Virus record (IMG/VR): IMGVR_UViG_3300020044_008920
Location: 1-30,792 of that record
Direction: 5' to 3' (one strand)
Length of the DNA: 30,792 nt
Source of the DNA: a virus
Taxonomy: Duplodnaviria > Caudoviricetes
Part shown: positions 8,992 to 17,914 of the stretch, piece after piece
Position numbering within the stretch: the first letter of the stretch is position 1
How the letters are laid out: each line of letters starts with the position of its first letter
Position numbers and translations under genes: made by a program
The notes under the pieces: generated by a model
What the model saw: the letters and a program-made list of their open reading frames with translations, nothing else
The model's database searches: none
Told to the model about the DNA's origin: nothing

Positions 8992-10380
8992 ATGGCAAAA
9001 GCAACCGCAACCCTCGAAGTAAACAACTCCGGTTTCAAGCGTGGGTTTGATGACATGCGCAAACAGACCGCCGCTTGGTCTAGCGATGTGAAGGGAATGA
9101 TCGCGGGCGCTTTTGCATTTGGGGCAATCGCTAGCTTCGTTTCTAACTTTGTGTCCAGCATGGCGCGAGTGAAAGACTTGTCCGACCGATTAGGACAAAG
9201 CACAGACACGATCCAACGCATCGGCAATGCCGCGAAGCTATCCGGCTCAGACTTGGAATCCGTCATAAAGGTTCTCACCAAACTAACGCTTGAGGCCAAT
9301 AAAAGCGGCGAGGCATTCGCAAAAATTGGCATTAGCGCGGCAGAGTTCGCCTCTGCCAATCCTGAACAGCAAGTTCTTATGCTTGCCAAGGCGTACGAGG
9401 AAGCGAGCGGCAACCAGCAAAAAATGCTCGACCTTATGGCGCTGCTCGGCCCCAAAGGCCAGGACATCATGATTATGCTGGCGGGTGGAGTTGAAGAACT
9501 GAACAAGCAACTAAACCAAGTTCCTGTTGTTAGCGAGACGGCAATCAACGCGATGGCGAACCTTGACGACGCTATTGATTCGTTCACGCAGCACGCGCAC
9601 GAATCCCTTGGCGCTATTATCGGCATGTTCGGACAACTGGGCGCGGCAGTTATGGCCGTTTATCAGACTTTCGGGATCACAGGCTTCGATGGCAACGGCA
9701 AGTCGTTCGTTGAGAACATGACTGCCAACATGGAATCAACGCTAGATCAGAAATCGACAGCAGAAACCAAAAAAGGCGCGGGCATCACCACCGCAGACGA
9801 TCAGAAAAAAGCCGACGACGACAAGGCCAAAGAAGCAGCAGCCGCGAAAGCTCTCGAAGAAGAAATGACGAATCTGGCCCGTTCTCGCATGAACGACGAG
9901 CAGAAGATCACCGACCTAAAACGCGAACAGGCCGAGCTTGCCGCCGCCGCTCAAGACAAGAGCAAGAGCGACGTTGACCGGCTAAACGCCGCCCGCGAAG
10001 TCTTGCGCGTCCAGCAGGAAATTGAGTCCATTCAAAAGCGAGTCGATGACGCAGCCGCGAAGGCAGACGAGGAAGCAGAGAAGGCAATCGCGGACTTCTA
10101 CGGGGCAGAAGCAAAGGCGCAGGAGGAAGCAGAAAAGGAAGCCGAGGACGCTCTCAAGGAAGCATACGAAGCCGAGGCGAAAGCAGCCGAGGAAGCAGCC
10201 AGCAGCGCGCCGACTATCGTCTCATCCTCCCTTGCCAGCATCGGCGGCGGCGGCAGCTCCTACGTTAGCCAAGGCAGCAACCCGGCTCTAGTCGAGAGCC
10301 GGAAGCAAACGGCGCTCCTTCAGCGTCTCGTGGCTAACACTGGTGGCACTGCCGCCATGGCAACCAATTCACCCTTCTAA
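8992..10380 (+). CDS. Tail tape measure protein (short)
   Basis: 462 aa, Ala-rich and helical; N-terminal LEVNNSGFKRGF; DLSDRLGQST...IQRIGNAAKLSG motif; coiled-coil C-terminal half. Confidence 0.8.
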   Translation: MAKATATLEVNNSGFKRGFDDMRKQTAAWSSDVKGMIAGAFAFGAIASFVSNFVSSMARVKDLSDRLGQSTDTIQRIGNAAKLSGSDLESVIKVLTKLTLEANKSGEAFAKIGISAAEFASANPEQQVLMLAKAYEEASGNQQKMLDLMALLGPKGQDIMIMLAGGVEELNKQLNQVPVVSETAINAMANLDDAIDSFTQHAHESLGAIIGMFGQLGAAVMAVYQTFGITGFDGNGKSFVENMTANMESTLDQKSTAETKKGAGITTADDQKKADDDKAKEAAAAKALEEEMTNLARSRMNDEQKITDLKREQAELAAAAQDKSKSDVDRLNAAREVLRVQQEIESIQKRVDDAAAKADEEAEKAIADFYGAEAKAQEEAEKEAEDALKEAYEAEAKAAEEAASSAPTIVSSSLASIGGGGSSYVSQGSNPALVESRKQTALLQRLVANTGGTAAMATNSPF

Positions 10381-10382
10381 TC

Positions 10383-11042
10383 ATGGTCATTCTCGGTACT
10401 TCATCCATGGCGCTACAACCCGGCGCATCCGTTGACGAGGACGAAAACGGCCTGCTGTCTGGCGAATGCGTGTGGATTGGCGATTATGCCAACCGCTATT
10501 CAGCCGGGCAAAAGGGCAGCTTGCACCCTCATGATTCGCGGCTCACGGCTTACCGCTCGAAGCTAACAAAGATGGCAACCGGCAAGTGCTCCGTGACCGT
10601 TGGTTACATTGGTCTTGCCGCCGATCCAACGCCGATGTTTATCGAGTACCCAGGCGGCAGCGGACAGGAACCAATCGAGACGCACCCGAACTTTGCACTG
10701 TTCGCAGGCACGCCAGCCGCGCCGCTAAACGGTGCCAAGTTTGAAGCAACCGGCGAGTTTATCGGCTTTGCGTCTTCAACCAATGACGAGAAGCTGAACG
10801 GCACACGCTCTTACATCGTGCCGAGCGTCACAATCAACCTAACTTACTACACGCACCGAGTTCCAAACGTGAGCCGGGTAGGCAAGAAATACACCGGCCA
10901 GATTCCCGACTTGATTAAACCGCCAAACGTAAAGGATTTTCTACTCATCGGGCTACCATATAAAAAGATCGGAAACCTGTTTCAAGTCACCCTCCAAATC
11001 CTCGGCAGCGGCGAGGATGGATGGAACCAGAACGTCTATTAA
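10383..11042 (+). CDS. Putative tail tip / distal tail protein
   Basis: 219-aa ORF right after the tape measure gene (QEPIETHPNF); synteny only. Confidence 0.45.
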   Translation: MVILGTSSMALQPGASVDEDENGLLSGECVWIGDYANRYSAGQKGSLHPHDSRLTAYRSKLTKMATGKCSVTVGYIGLAADPTPMFIEYPGGSGQEPIETHPNFALFAGTPAAPLNGAKFEATGEFIGFASSTNDEKLNGTRSYIVPSVTINLTYYTHRVPNVSRVGKKYTGQIPDLIKPPNVKDFLLIGLPYKKIGNLFQVTLQILGSGEDGWNQNVY

Positions 11043-11579
11043 ATGAGCTTCTCTCGCAATCCACTAATCAGGCCGCGCACGCCTTTCGAGAAGCGAATCG
11101 TGACCGAGATTGAAGCGGCAAAGCCCGCCCGCTCTGTCGGCGTTTGCGAGCGACCGCTACCGGGCGGCAACTCACTAACGCCGATCCCTGCTCGTGCTCG
11201 TGGCGGCAACGGAGGGCGCACGCCGTTTTCTATCCTCAATGGCGCAGTTCTCCCCGGTCTTGTCGGCGGCATTATGCCGACGCTAAACGGCGAACCGCTG
11301 GATGACACAACGGAAGTCTTGCCAGCGACAGGCGATTATCTGGTTTACTTCACGCTCAACTTTACCGTGGCGTACACCGAAACTTACCTTTCCAGCTACA
11401 CGCTCGACAGCGTGACCGTGAACACTGCGGCAACCATTCCAGCCGACACCGACGACACGAAGCACTTACAGTTTAACAGCGTGGTCGATGGCGTGCCCGC
11501 CTCCAGTTACTTCGATACTGCCATCACAATCACGCTTTACGACAACGGCCCAAACGCCACGCTTTTCTTTTACTCATGA
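11043..11579 (+). CDS. Putative tail protein
   Basis: 178 aa, abuts neighbours within the tail operon. Confidence 0.45.
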   Translation: MSFSRNPLIRPRTPFEKRIVTEIEAAKPARSVGVCERPLPGGNSLTPIPARARGGNGGRTPFSILNGAVLPGLVGGIMPTLNGEPLDDTTEVLPATGDYLVYFTLNFTVAYTETYLSSYTLDSVTVNTAATIPADTDDTKHLQFNSVVDGVPASSYFDTAITITLYDNGPNATLFFYS

Positions 11580-12040
11580 GCTGGAGGCGCATAACAGACC
11601 CCGGCATTAGCGACAATTCGCCGCCTTATCGCCCATTGGTGCGGTTCACGCATGATTTGGGCTTTAAGTACACAATCGGGCGCACTCGGAGTCGGTTTTA
11701 CGACTTAGCCTATGGAGGCTGGCAAGATTGGGAGGCGTGGAGCGACTTCAACTTTTTTAGTCCTGATTGCTGGTTTTTGGGCGCAAACGTCCAGAATCGC
11801 ACAGGTGGCGACCCGCCTTCGGAAGGCCGCGCAGAGTATCAACTTGAAGTTGCCGCGCATGGCTCGCCGTGGGCTATTTTGTGGGTTAACACCATCACAC
11901 CTAGCGACGGTGGAGCGACGAGCACAGATGAGGATTATCTGCTTATCTTGCCGGGCGCGACTTACACAGCCAACTTTACAGCGCCAACTGACTGCGACCT
12001 AAACCTTGAGTCTTTCGAGATTCACTACCCAGCACCGTAA
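11576..12040 (+). CDS. Hypothetical virion protein
   Basis: 154 aa, aromatic-rich, ATGA overlap with the upstream gene. Confidence 0.45.
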   Translation: MSWRRITDPGISDNSPPYRPLVRFTHDLGFKYTIGRTRSRFYDLAYGGWQDWEAWSDFNFFSPDCWFLGANVQNRTGGDPPSEGRAEYQLEVAAHGSPWAILWVNTITPSDGGATSTDEDYLLILPGATYTANFTAPTDCDLNLESFEIHYPAP

Positions 12041-12070
12041 CACCGACTAATTGACAAGCCTTTTCAAAGT

Positions 12071-13567
12071 ATGTCCGCCCGCGACTTAACGCTCACCATC
12101 GACATTCCAAATCGTCGTCTCATCCGCGACTTTTTCAGCAATCTCGAAGTACTGCCGAGGGATGTGATGCAAGGCGACACATACAATCTGCGAGTCGTTG
12201 GTGTTGAGCCTTCGCCCCTTGGCGATCCGTTGCGACCTTGGCAGTATGTCACGCTCCCGACCTCGCTCTATGTTGGTATTGGTGACGTTGGCGTTGCTCC
12301 TACCCTTGGCACGTTCACGCTTACTTATGGGGCCAACACCACCACGGCGATTTCATACGCTGCTACGGCTGCGCAAGTGGCCGCTGCGCTGAACGCGCTC
12401 GCCAGTGTCGTTTCTGCGGGCGGCGTTAGCGTCACGGGGCCGGATTCGGGGCCGTATCAGATCGTTTTCACGACCGCAGGCGCGCGCACAGCGATTAGTG
12501 GCAACGCAGATTTGCTTTATCCGCTTTCGACCATCACCGTTTACGAGGCGCGAGCAGGCACGGGAAGCATTAACGAAATCCAAGTCGTTGTTCTCGACCG
12601 GCAACCGGCGGCACTTGCCGAGACTTTCACGGCCATTGCCGCGCCCTCAATCACGATTTCAACCGTTCAGGCAGGCGCAACCGGCGTTCCCGAAATTCAG
12701 AAGATTGCCATCGACTCAGCCGCGCACGACGGCACCTTCACGCTGACATTTAGCGGGCAGACGACAGCCGCTCTAGCATGGGACATTAGCGCGGACGACC
12801 TAGAACTTGCTCTTGAGGCGCTTTCAAACATCGCCCCCGGTGACGTCGAAGTAACCGGCGCTTTTCCAAATTATACCGTTACTTTCAAAGGCACGCTGAC
12901 CGGCAACCAGCCCGAAATGACAGCGACCGCGACGGGCTTAATTGGCCCCGTTGGTGTTGAGGGAGCATTGGCGCTTTCCACCGCTGGCATCGAGCAGCTT
13001 TTGAGCGGCGAAGCGAGCGTTAATACGACCTTGGAAATTGCGGCTGCCATCTCTGGCGCTCCTGCGACACTACTGCAAACCGGCGTCACCCTGCTAAACG
13101 ACCAGATTCCGAATGCGCCAGCAACCGGGAGCGGACTGCCGACCTATTACACCGCCACTGAGGTTGACGCGCTAGTGACCGGCAAGGCTAGCTCCGGCGA
13201 TGTTGGAAGCTCTCTGCTAACCGCAGTTGGCAAGGGTATTGTCGGACGCACGAGCACCGGCACCGGGGCGCTAACGCTCATTACTCCATCGGCCAACATC
13301 GTGGACGGTGCCACAGACGCAGCCACAGACGCAGCCACAGACGCGCCCGTCGATGCGAGCGAGGCGCATGCTCTCAACGCAACCTTTAGTGACACCGAGG
13401 TCGAAGCGGCGCTAAACGCTCTCGGCGCAAAGCTCAATCTGGTTGCCACAAAATACAATGCAGCCGCGACCAAATACAATGCCGCAGCGACTAAGTACAA
13501 CGCTCTCGCGACTAAGTTTAACACGCTGCTGACTCAACTGGAGGCGAGTATGATCCTCACGCCGTAA
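12071..13567 (+). CDS. Structural / fibre protein with a duplicated domain and C-terminal coiled coil
   Basis: 498 aa, Thr/Ala/Gly-rich; two copies of a GTFTLT(Y/F)..TT.AI/LA.....AL.AL...V.VTG..Y...F module; ATDA x3 and ATKYNAA-type heptads x4 near the C-terminus. Confidence 0.65.
   Translation: MSARDLTLTIDIPNRRLIRDFFSNLEVLPRDVMQGDTYNLRVVGVEPSPLGDPLRPWQYVTLPTSLYVGIGDVGVAPTLGTFTLTYGANTTTAISYAATAAQVAAALNALASVVSAGGVSVTGPDSGPYQIVFTTAGARTAISGNADLLYPLSTITVYEARAGTGSINEIQVVVLDRQPAALAETFTAIAAPSITISTVQAGATGVPEIQKIAIDSAAHDGTFTLTFSGQTTAALAWDISADDLELALEALSNIAPGDVEVTGAFPNYTVTFKGTLTGNQPEMTATATGLIGPVGVEGALALSTAGIEQLLSGEASVNTTLEIAAAISGAPATLLQTGVTLLNDQIPNAPATGSGLPTYYTATEVDALVTGKASSGDVGSSLLTAVGKGIVGRTSTGTGALTLITPSANIVDGATDAATDAATDAPVDASEAHALNATFSDTEVEAALNALGAKLNLVATKYNAAATKYNAAATKYNALATKFNTLLTQLEASMILTP
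13310..13345 (+). repeat. 12-bp tandem repeat x3 (GCCACAGACGCA), in-frame ATDA
   Basis: Copies at 13310, 13322 and 13334 (last base differs in copy 3). Confidence 0.9.
13445..13528 (+). repeat. 21-bp degenerate tandem repeat x4 encoding heptads ATKYNAA/ATKYNAL/ATKFNTL
   Basis: Copies at 13445, 13466, 13487 and 13508, mostly with synonymous differences. Confidence 0.85.
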
Positions 13568-13568
13568 C

Positions 13569-16136
13569 ATGGAACACGACATCTACATTTGCACCGAGAC
13601 TAAAACGGCCTGGAGTTCGCTAACGGACTCTCGCCAGCCGCGCACGCCGTCAAGGCTACAAACGCATCTCAAGCTAAACGTCTATTTCTTCGACTCGACC
13701 GCTGAAACGCCAGCGGCAACTTTGCTAGACGGTGCCACGACTTTTCGCGTTGCCATGAAGCCGAGCGGCACGCCCGCTGCCGATCCTTTAATTTACCTTT
13801 CGACGGCAAGCGAGACAGGCTCGGCAAGTTACACATTCGAGTGGGACAGTATCGACAGTGCCGATCTTCGCGCGCTTGTAGGCACCGAAAAATCCGTTGA
13901 TGTCGTCTTTGAAATCTCGTGGACGCTCGCAACCGTTATCGAGCGCGTTGCTTGGAATGCGGTGGTTGAGAATGCTTACATTCGCAGCGGCGACGGAGCG
14001 CCCGATCCCATTGCCGACTCAAGCTGGGAGTGGCTCAAACTCCGCGCCCCTGAAGCGAACGGTTTTTCGCACGATGATGCCGAGCAAGAATTAACCGTCG
14101 TCGGTGGCGATGGCAGTGGCGATGTCGTCGGCCCTGCCAGCGCCACCGACAATGCCATCGTGCGGTTCAATGCCACGACGGGCAAACTCATTCAGAGCAG
14201 CGGCATCACCATCGCCGACGGGGCCAGCGGCACGTTGAGTGGCACCAATACGGGGGACGACGCGCTCAACAGCAATTACGAAACGGGGGCCGATGTCACC
14301 GACGCAGGCAATGTCGGCACCGCCATCGCGGGCGCGGATGCCGTCACGACAATCAATGACGCCGACAAGCTGCCACTCACTGTTTCGGGTGTGCTCAAGA
14401 CAATCGCTTATAGCGCACTGAAGACGGTGCTGAACGCGCTCTACCTGCTCAAGTCGAACAATCTCAGCGACCTCGCCAGCGCATCGACCGCTCGCAGTAA
14501 TCTTGGGCTTGGCTCCGCCGCCGTCCTGAACACAAGCACGGGCGGCGTCGGCGTCGATGATGCGGGGCGCGTGCCAGTTTTCCGCGCACAGGGGCAGATC
14601 GGTGCCGCGCAAATCATCGCGCAAAGCACATCCGCCGCCGCCCAGCAAGGCGTTCTCGACTTCAATGGCCTGACATTCGTTCAACACGGTGGCACGGCGT
14701 TTGATCACATCATCGCGGGGGCAGCGCTGACAGCCACCCGAACTCACGATCTACCAGACTCTAGCGGCACAATCATCACCACCGGCGACACCGGATCGGT
14801 AGCGACCACGATGATCGCAGACGATGCGGTCACCCTCGCCAAAATGGCCGCTGGCACAGCGGGCAATCTCATCACCTATGATGCCGCCGGGAATCCCGCT
14901 GCCGTCGCCACGGGCACGGCAACGCATGTGCTCACATCCAACGGCGCGGGCGCGGCTCCAACCTTTCAGGCTGTGCCGGGCGGCGCTCCCGAAGGAACCG
15001 CCGTCAAATCAACCGGCGAGACGGGTGGCAGCAAATTCCTCCGCGAAGACGGCGACGGCACTTGCTCGTGGCAAACCGTTGCCGGAACTGGCGATATGAC
15101 CAAGGCGGTTTATGACTCGCAAAATCTCGGTCTTATCAGCGGGCTTCAAGGCAGTGGGGGCGGCGGCAATAGCGGCGGCGTCGGCGGATCATTGGATTTA
15201 TCGGGCGGTGACTCTGGCATCACGCCTAATATTCCCGGCAGCGGCGTCGGTGGCACTGGTGGAAACATCCACACTTACGGCGGCAACGGCTTCACAACCG
15301 ACCCAGCGGCGACGGATTACAGTGGCGGCAATGGCGGATATATCAAGACGACCGGCAGCGATGCGGTGGACGGGGCAGCAGGTGCCGCAGGCGGCAGCAT
15401 CGACACGAGCGCAGTCGGCGGGCAGGCGGGCGGAAGCATTGATACGAGCGCAGGCGGCGGCAGCATCGACACGCACAGTGGCGGCGGCAGCATCAACACT
15501 AGAGGCACCGGCTCAATCGAGTTCGGTGTTGCGGCGACTCGAACAACTCTCGTCGGCAGTGCGACCGCCGCACGCACTATAACACTGCCCGATGTCACCG
15601 GAACCGTTATCACGACCGGCAACCTTTCCAGCATAAACGGAACCTCGACCGCGCTCGGCGTTGGCACACTCGAACTCGGCCATGCGAGTGACACCACCTT
15701 GGCCCGCAGCTCGGCAGGCAATGTCACCGTCGAAGGGAATCTGCTTTATCGTGCGGGCGGCAGCTTCGTGGGGATGCCTGTTGAATACAGTGTCGCGGTT
15801 TCCGACGAGACAACAGCACTCACCACCGGCACCGCCAAGGTAACTTTCCGCATGCCGTTCGCGATGACGCTGACCAGTGTGCGAGCAAGCGTCACAACCG
15901 CGCCGACCGGCAGCACGCTGATTGTGGACATCAACGACGGTGGCTCCACCATCATGACGACCAACAAACTCAGCATCGACGCGAGCGAGAAAACCAGCAC
16001 CACTGCCGCCACTGCGGCGACTTTGACGGATACCGCGCTCGCCGACGATGCTGAGATCACCATCGACATCGACCAAATCGGCAGCACCATCGCGGGTGCG
16101 GGCCTGAAGGTAACACTCATCGGCACACGCGCATGA
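13569..16136 (+). CDS. Tail fibre / adhesin-like protein (mosaic)
   Basis: 855 aa, Gly/Thr/Ala-rich; GDVVGPASATDNAIVRF, NNLSDLASASTARSNLGLGSAA, ADDAVTLAK, VLTSNGAGAAPTFQ motifs; Gly-rich GGSIDT repeats; C-terminal FRMPFAMTL...IDIDQIGSTIAGAGLKVTLIG domain. Confidence 0.8.
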   Translation: MEHDIYICTETKTAWSSLTDSRQPRTPSRLQTHLKLNVYFFDSTAETPAATLLDGATTFRVAMKPSGTPAADPLIYLSTASETGSASYTFEWDSIDSADLRALVGTEKSVDVVFEISWTLATVIERVAWNAVVENAYIRSGDGAPDPIADSSWEWLKLRAPEANGFSHDDAEQELTVVGGDGSGDVVGPASATDNAIVRFNATTGKLIQSSGITIADGASGTLSGTNTGDDALNSNYETGADVTDAGNVGTAIAGADAVTTINDADKLPLTVSGVLKTIAYSALKTVLNALYLLKSNNLSDLASASTARSNLGLGSAAVLNTSTGGVGVDDAGRVPVFRAQGQIGAAQIIAQSTSAAAQQGVLDFNGLTFVQHGGTAFDHIIAGAALTATRTHDLPDSSGTIITTGDTGSVATTMIADDAVTLAKMAAGTAGNLITYDAAGNPAAVATGTATHVLTSNGAGAAPTFQAVPGGAPEGTAVKSTGETGGSKFLREDGDGTCSWQTVAGTGDMTKAVYDSQNLGLISGLQGSGGGGNSGGVGGSLDLSGGDSGITPNIPGSGVGGTGGNIHTYGGNGFTTDPAATDYSGGNGGYIKTTGSDAVDGAAGAAGGSIDTSAVGGQAGGSIDTSAGGGSIDTHSGGGSINTRGTGSIEFGVAATRTTLVGSATAARTITLPDVTGTVITTGNLSSINGTSTALGVGTLELGHASDTTLARSSAGNVTVEGNLLYRAGGSFVGMPVEYSVAVSDETTALTTGTAKVTFRMPFAMTLTSVRASVTTAPTGSTLIVDINDGGSTIMTTNKLSIDASEKTSTTAATAATLTDTALADDAEITIDIDQIGSTIAGAGLKVTLIGTRA
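15390..15500 (+). repeat. Degenerate repeats GGCGG(C/A)AGCAT encoding GGSI(D/N)T x4
   Basis: GGSIDTSAVGG, GGSIDTSAGG, GGSIDTHSGG, GGSINT within the Gly-rich fibre segment. Confidence 0.8.
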
Positions 16137-16618
16137 ACCTTGTTAACCCGTTTCGTTTCGCCGTTGCCTCAGTATCGACCAGTTATTCCAACACTGGTGG
16201 CACCGGAGACAGGACGGCCAGCATCACAGTCACTAAATCGGCGAGTGCAAATATCGTGGGCGCTCTGTCTCGCTTCGTAGGCATTGGCGCGTCCGCCACT
16301 TACTTTTCGAGCGTGCCGAACGGCGAGTGGTTGAAGTTCGACTTTGGATCGGGCGTTACAAAGGTAATTACGGAACTGACATATTATCAAGGCAGCGCAG
16401 TCGCACAGGGGACGTGGCAGCTCGAAGGCAGCAACGACGATTCGGCGTGGACTGCAATAGGCAGCACATTCACTTTGGCAGCCGCCACTACTCAGACCAG
16501 CGGTTCAGCTTTTAGCTCGAACTCAACTTATTATCGCTATTATCGAATCAAAAAGACGGCTGGCTCTGTAAGCAGCGCGTCATGGGCATATCAATTCGAG
16601 TTCAAAATATCCGCATGA
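16133..16618 (+). CDS. Discoidin / F5-8 type C-like carbohydrate-binding tail tip protein
   Basis: EWLKFDFG, WQLEGSNDDSAWT and YRYYRI are discoidin-like motifs; N-terminal MNLVNPFRF. Confidence 0.7.
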   Translation: MNLVNPFRFAVASVSTSYSNTGGTGDRTASITVTKSASANIVGALSRFVGIGASATYFSSVPNGEWLKFDFGSGVTKVITELTYYQGSAVAQGTWQLEGSNDDSAWTAIGSTFTLAAATTQTSGSAFSSNSTYYRYYRIKKTAGSVSSASWAYQFEFKISA

Positions 16619-17070
16619 AGAAGATATACAATACCATCACGCAGACGTTTCTGCCGACCTATCCTCGCAACGATGACGAGCCTATCGCGGGACTCGACCC
16701 GGCGCTTGAAGTTTACGAAGTGCTGGAAGAACCACAGCCCGCAACGACCGCGAACCAATACCTCACGCGCACCGAGTCTGCCGACCACGAAGCAAAGACA
16801 CTTGCCTACGGCTGGCAGGTCAATGATCGACCCAATACTCCAGTCGTGGTCCCGTTTCGCTCGCTGGCTTTTGCGCTGCTTGAAGCGGGACTTTATGAGC
16901 AGGTCAAGGCCGCCGCACTTGCCACGCCGCAGGGGGAAATTTGGTGGCATACAGCGCAAAGCTCCACTGTGAGCCGTGACCATCCATTCGTCGCTGCTCT
17001 CGCCTCCGCAGTCGGTCAAACGCCTGAACAAATCGACGCCATCTTTGCTGCCGCAGCACTTCAAGCATAA
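16615..17070 (+). CDS. Putative tail fibre-associated protein / assembly chaperone
   Basis: 151 aa from MKKIYN; C-terminal W..A..V.RDHPFV..LA..VG.TPEQIDAIF..A motif, often seen after fibre genes. Confidence 0.55.
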   Translation: MKKIYNTITQTFLPTYPRNDDEPIAGLDPALEVYEVLEEPQPATTANQYLTRTESADHEAKTLAYGWQVNDRPNTPVVVPFRSLAFALLEAGLYEQVKAAALATPQGEIWWHTAQSSTVSRDHPFVAALASAVGQTPEQIDAIFAAAALQA

Positions 17071-17074
17071 CACT

Positions 17075-17386
17075 ATGAGTCACGACGAATCAGCCGCGCT
17101 GGAAAGCATGCGCCAGACGATCCGCTGGTTAATCGGCGGCATTGCCAGCCTTATAGGAGGTGCCGCGATAGTCGGCGGATGGGTAGCCACACAAGAGGGA
17201 AAAATCGTCTCGCTACAAGATGCCGACCGTTCCAGCCTGCAAGACCGCAGCGAGCTACGCGGACAAATGCGAGGCCAAGCCGACACGTTGAGCATGCTAC
17301 GCCAGGACGCCGCTCTGCAAAATCGCGACCTTCAATACATTCGCGAGGCAGTAACCAAGATTGAGAAGATCATAACCAAGCCGTAA
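17075..17386 (+). CDS. Membrane protein with one TM and a coiled coil (holin- or i-spanin-like)
   Basis: TM segment WLIGGIASLIGGAAIVGGWVA followed by a heptad-rich tail; first gene of the lysis region. Confidence 0.55.
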   Translation: MSHDESAALESMRQTIRWLIGGIASLIGGAAIVGGWVATQEGKIVSLQDADRSSLQDRSELRGQMRGQADTLSMLRQDAALQNRDLQYIREAVTKIEKIITKP

Positions 17387-17411
17387 CCTTGACACCGCCG
17401 ACAGAGTAGCC

Positions 17412-17777
17412 ATGAAAAACTATCGCACCACCATTGCCGGAGCCGCACTTGCCGCCCTTTCGTTCATCTCGATTTATCAGGCCAACGGCGGCGAACTTAC
17501 CGATTGGAAACAATGGCTGATTCCTGCGGCAATCGCGGCACTCGGCTATCTCGCCAAGGACGCAGGCGTTAGCGGCACGGCAAAGCTACTCATTGCCTCA
17601 CTCTGCCTGCTCACGCTGCCGAGCTGCGAGCACTTTGGCCCGCTCTCCAATATCGCCATCGGCTACGGCGAGCGCCGCCAGATCATCTCTTCCGACGACG
17701 CCGCGACCCTCCGAGAAGTGCGCGACATTGTTCTTACCACGCCAGAACCGAAGCAGCCTGTGCGAGTCCAGCCATGA
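17412..17777 (+). CDS. Holin-like membrane protein with an internal lipobox-like motif
   Basis: Two N-terminal TM segments (YRTTIAG...; ...ALGYLAKD), then KLLIASLCLLTLPSC and a soluble tail. Confidence 0.55.
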   Translation: MKNYRTTIAGAALAALSFISIYQANGGELTDWKQWLIPAAIAALGYLAKDAGVSGTAKLLIASLCLLTLPSCEHFGPLSNIAIGYGERRQIISSDDAATLREVRDIVLTTPEPKQPVRVQP

Positions 17778-17914
17778 GCACGCTAGAAACATTCGGTTGG
17801 ATCGTCGGCGCTCTTTTTGCGTTCGGATCAATCGGCACCTTTGCGGTCATGGCGATCTTTGCCTCTAGCCGTGAAGCCGACAGGCAACCGCCCCGCAAGC
17901 GTCGCAAGCCATGA
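17774..17914 (+). CDS. Small single-TM protein (46 aa, not in ORF track)
   Basis: MSTLETFGWIVGALFAFGSIGTFAVMAIFASSREADRQPPRKRRKP; ATGA overlaps at both ends; basic C-terminal tail. Confidence 0.65.
   Translation: MSTLETFGWIVGALFAFGSIGTFAVMAIFASSREADRQPPRKRRKP

Noticed and set aside
13569-16618. Diversity-generating retroelement target in the fibre or tip genes
   Set aside because: No reverse transcriptase and no template/variable repeat pair with adenine-specific mismatches seen in this window.
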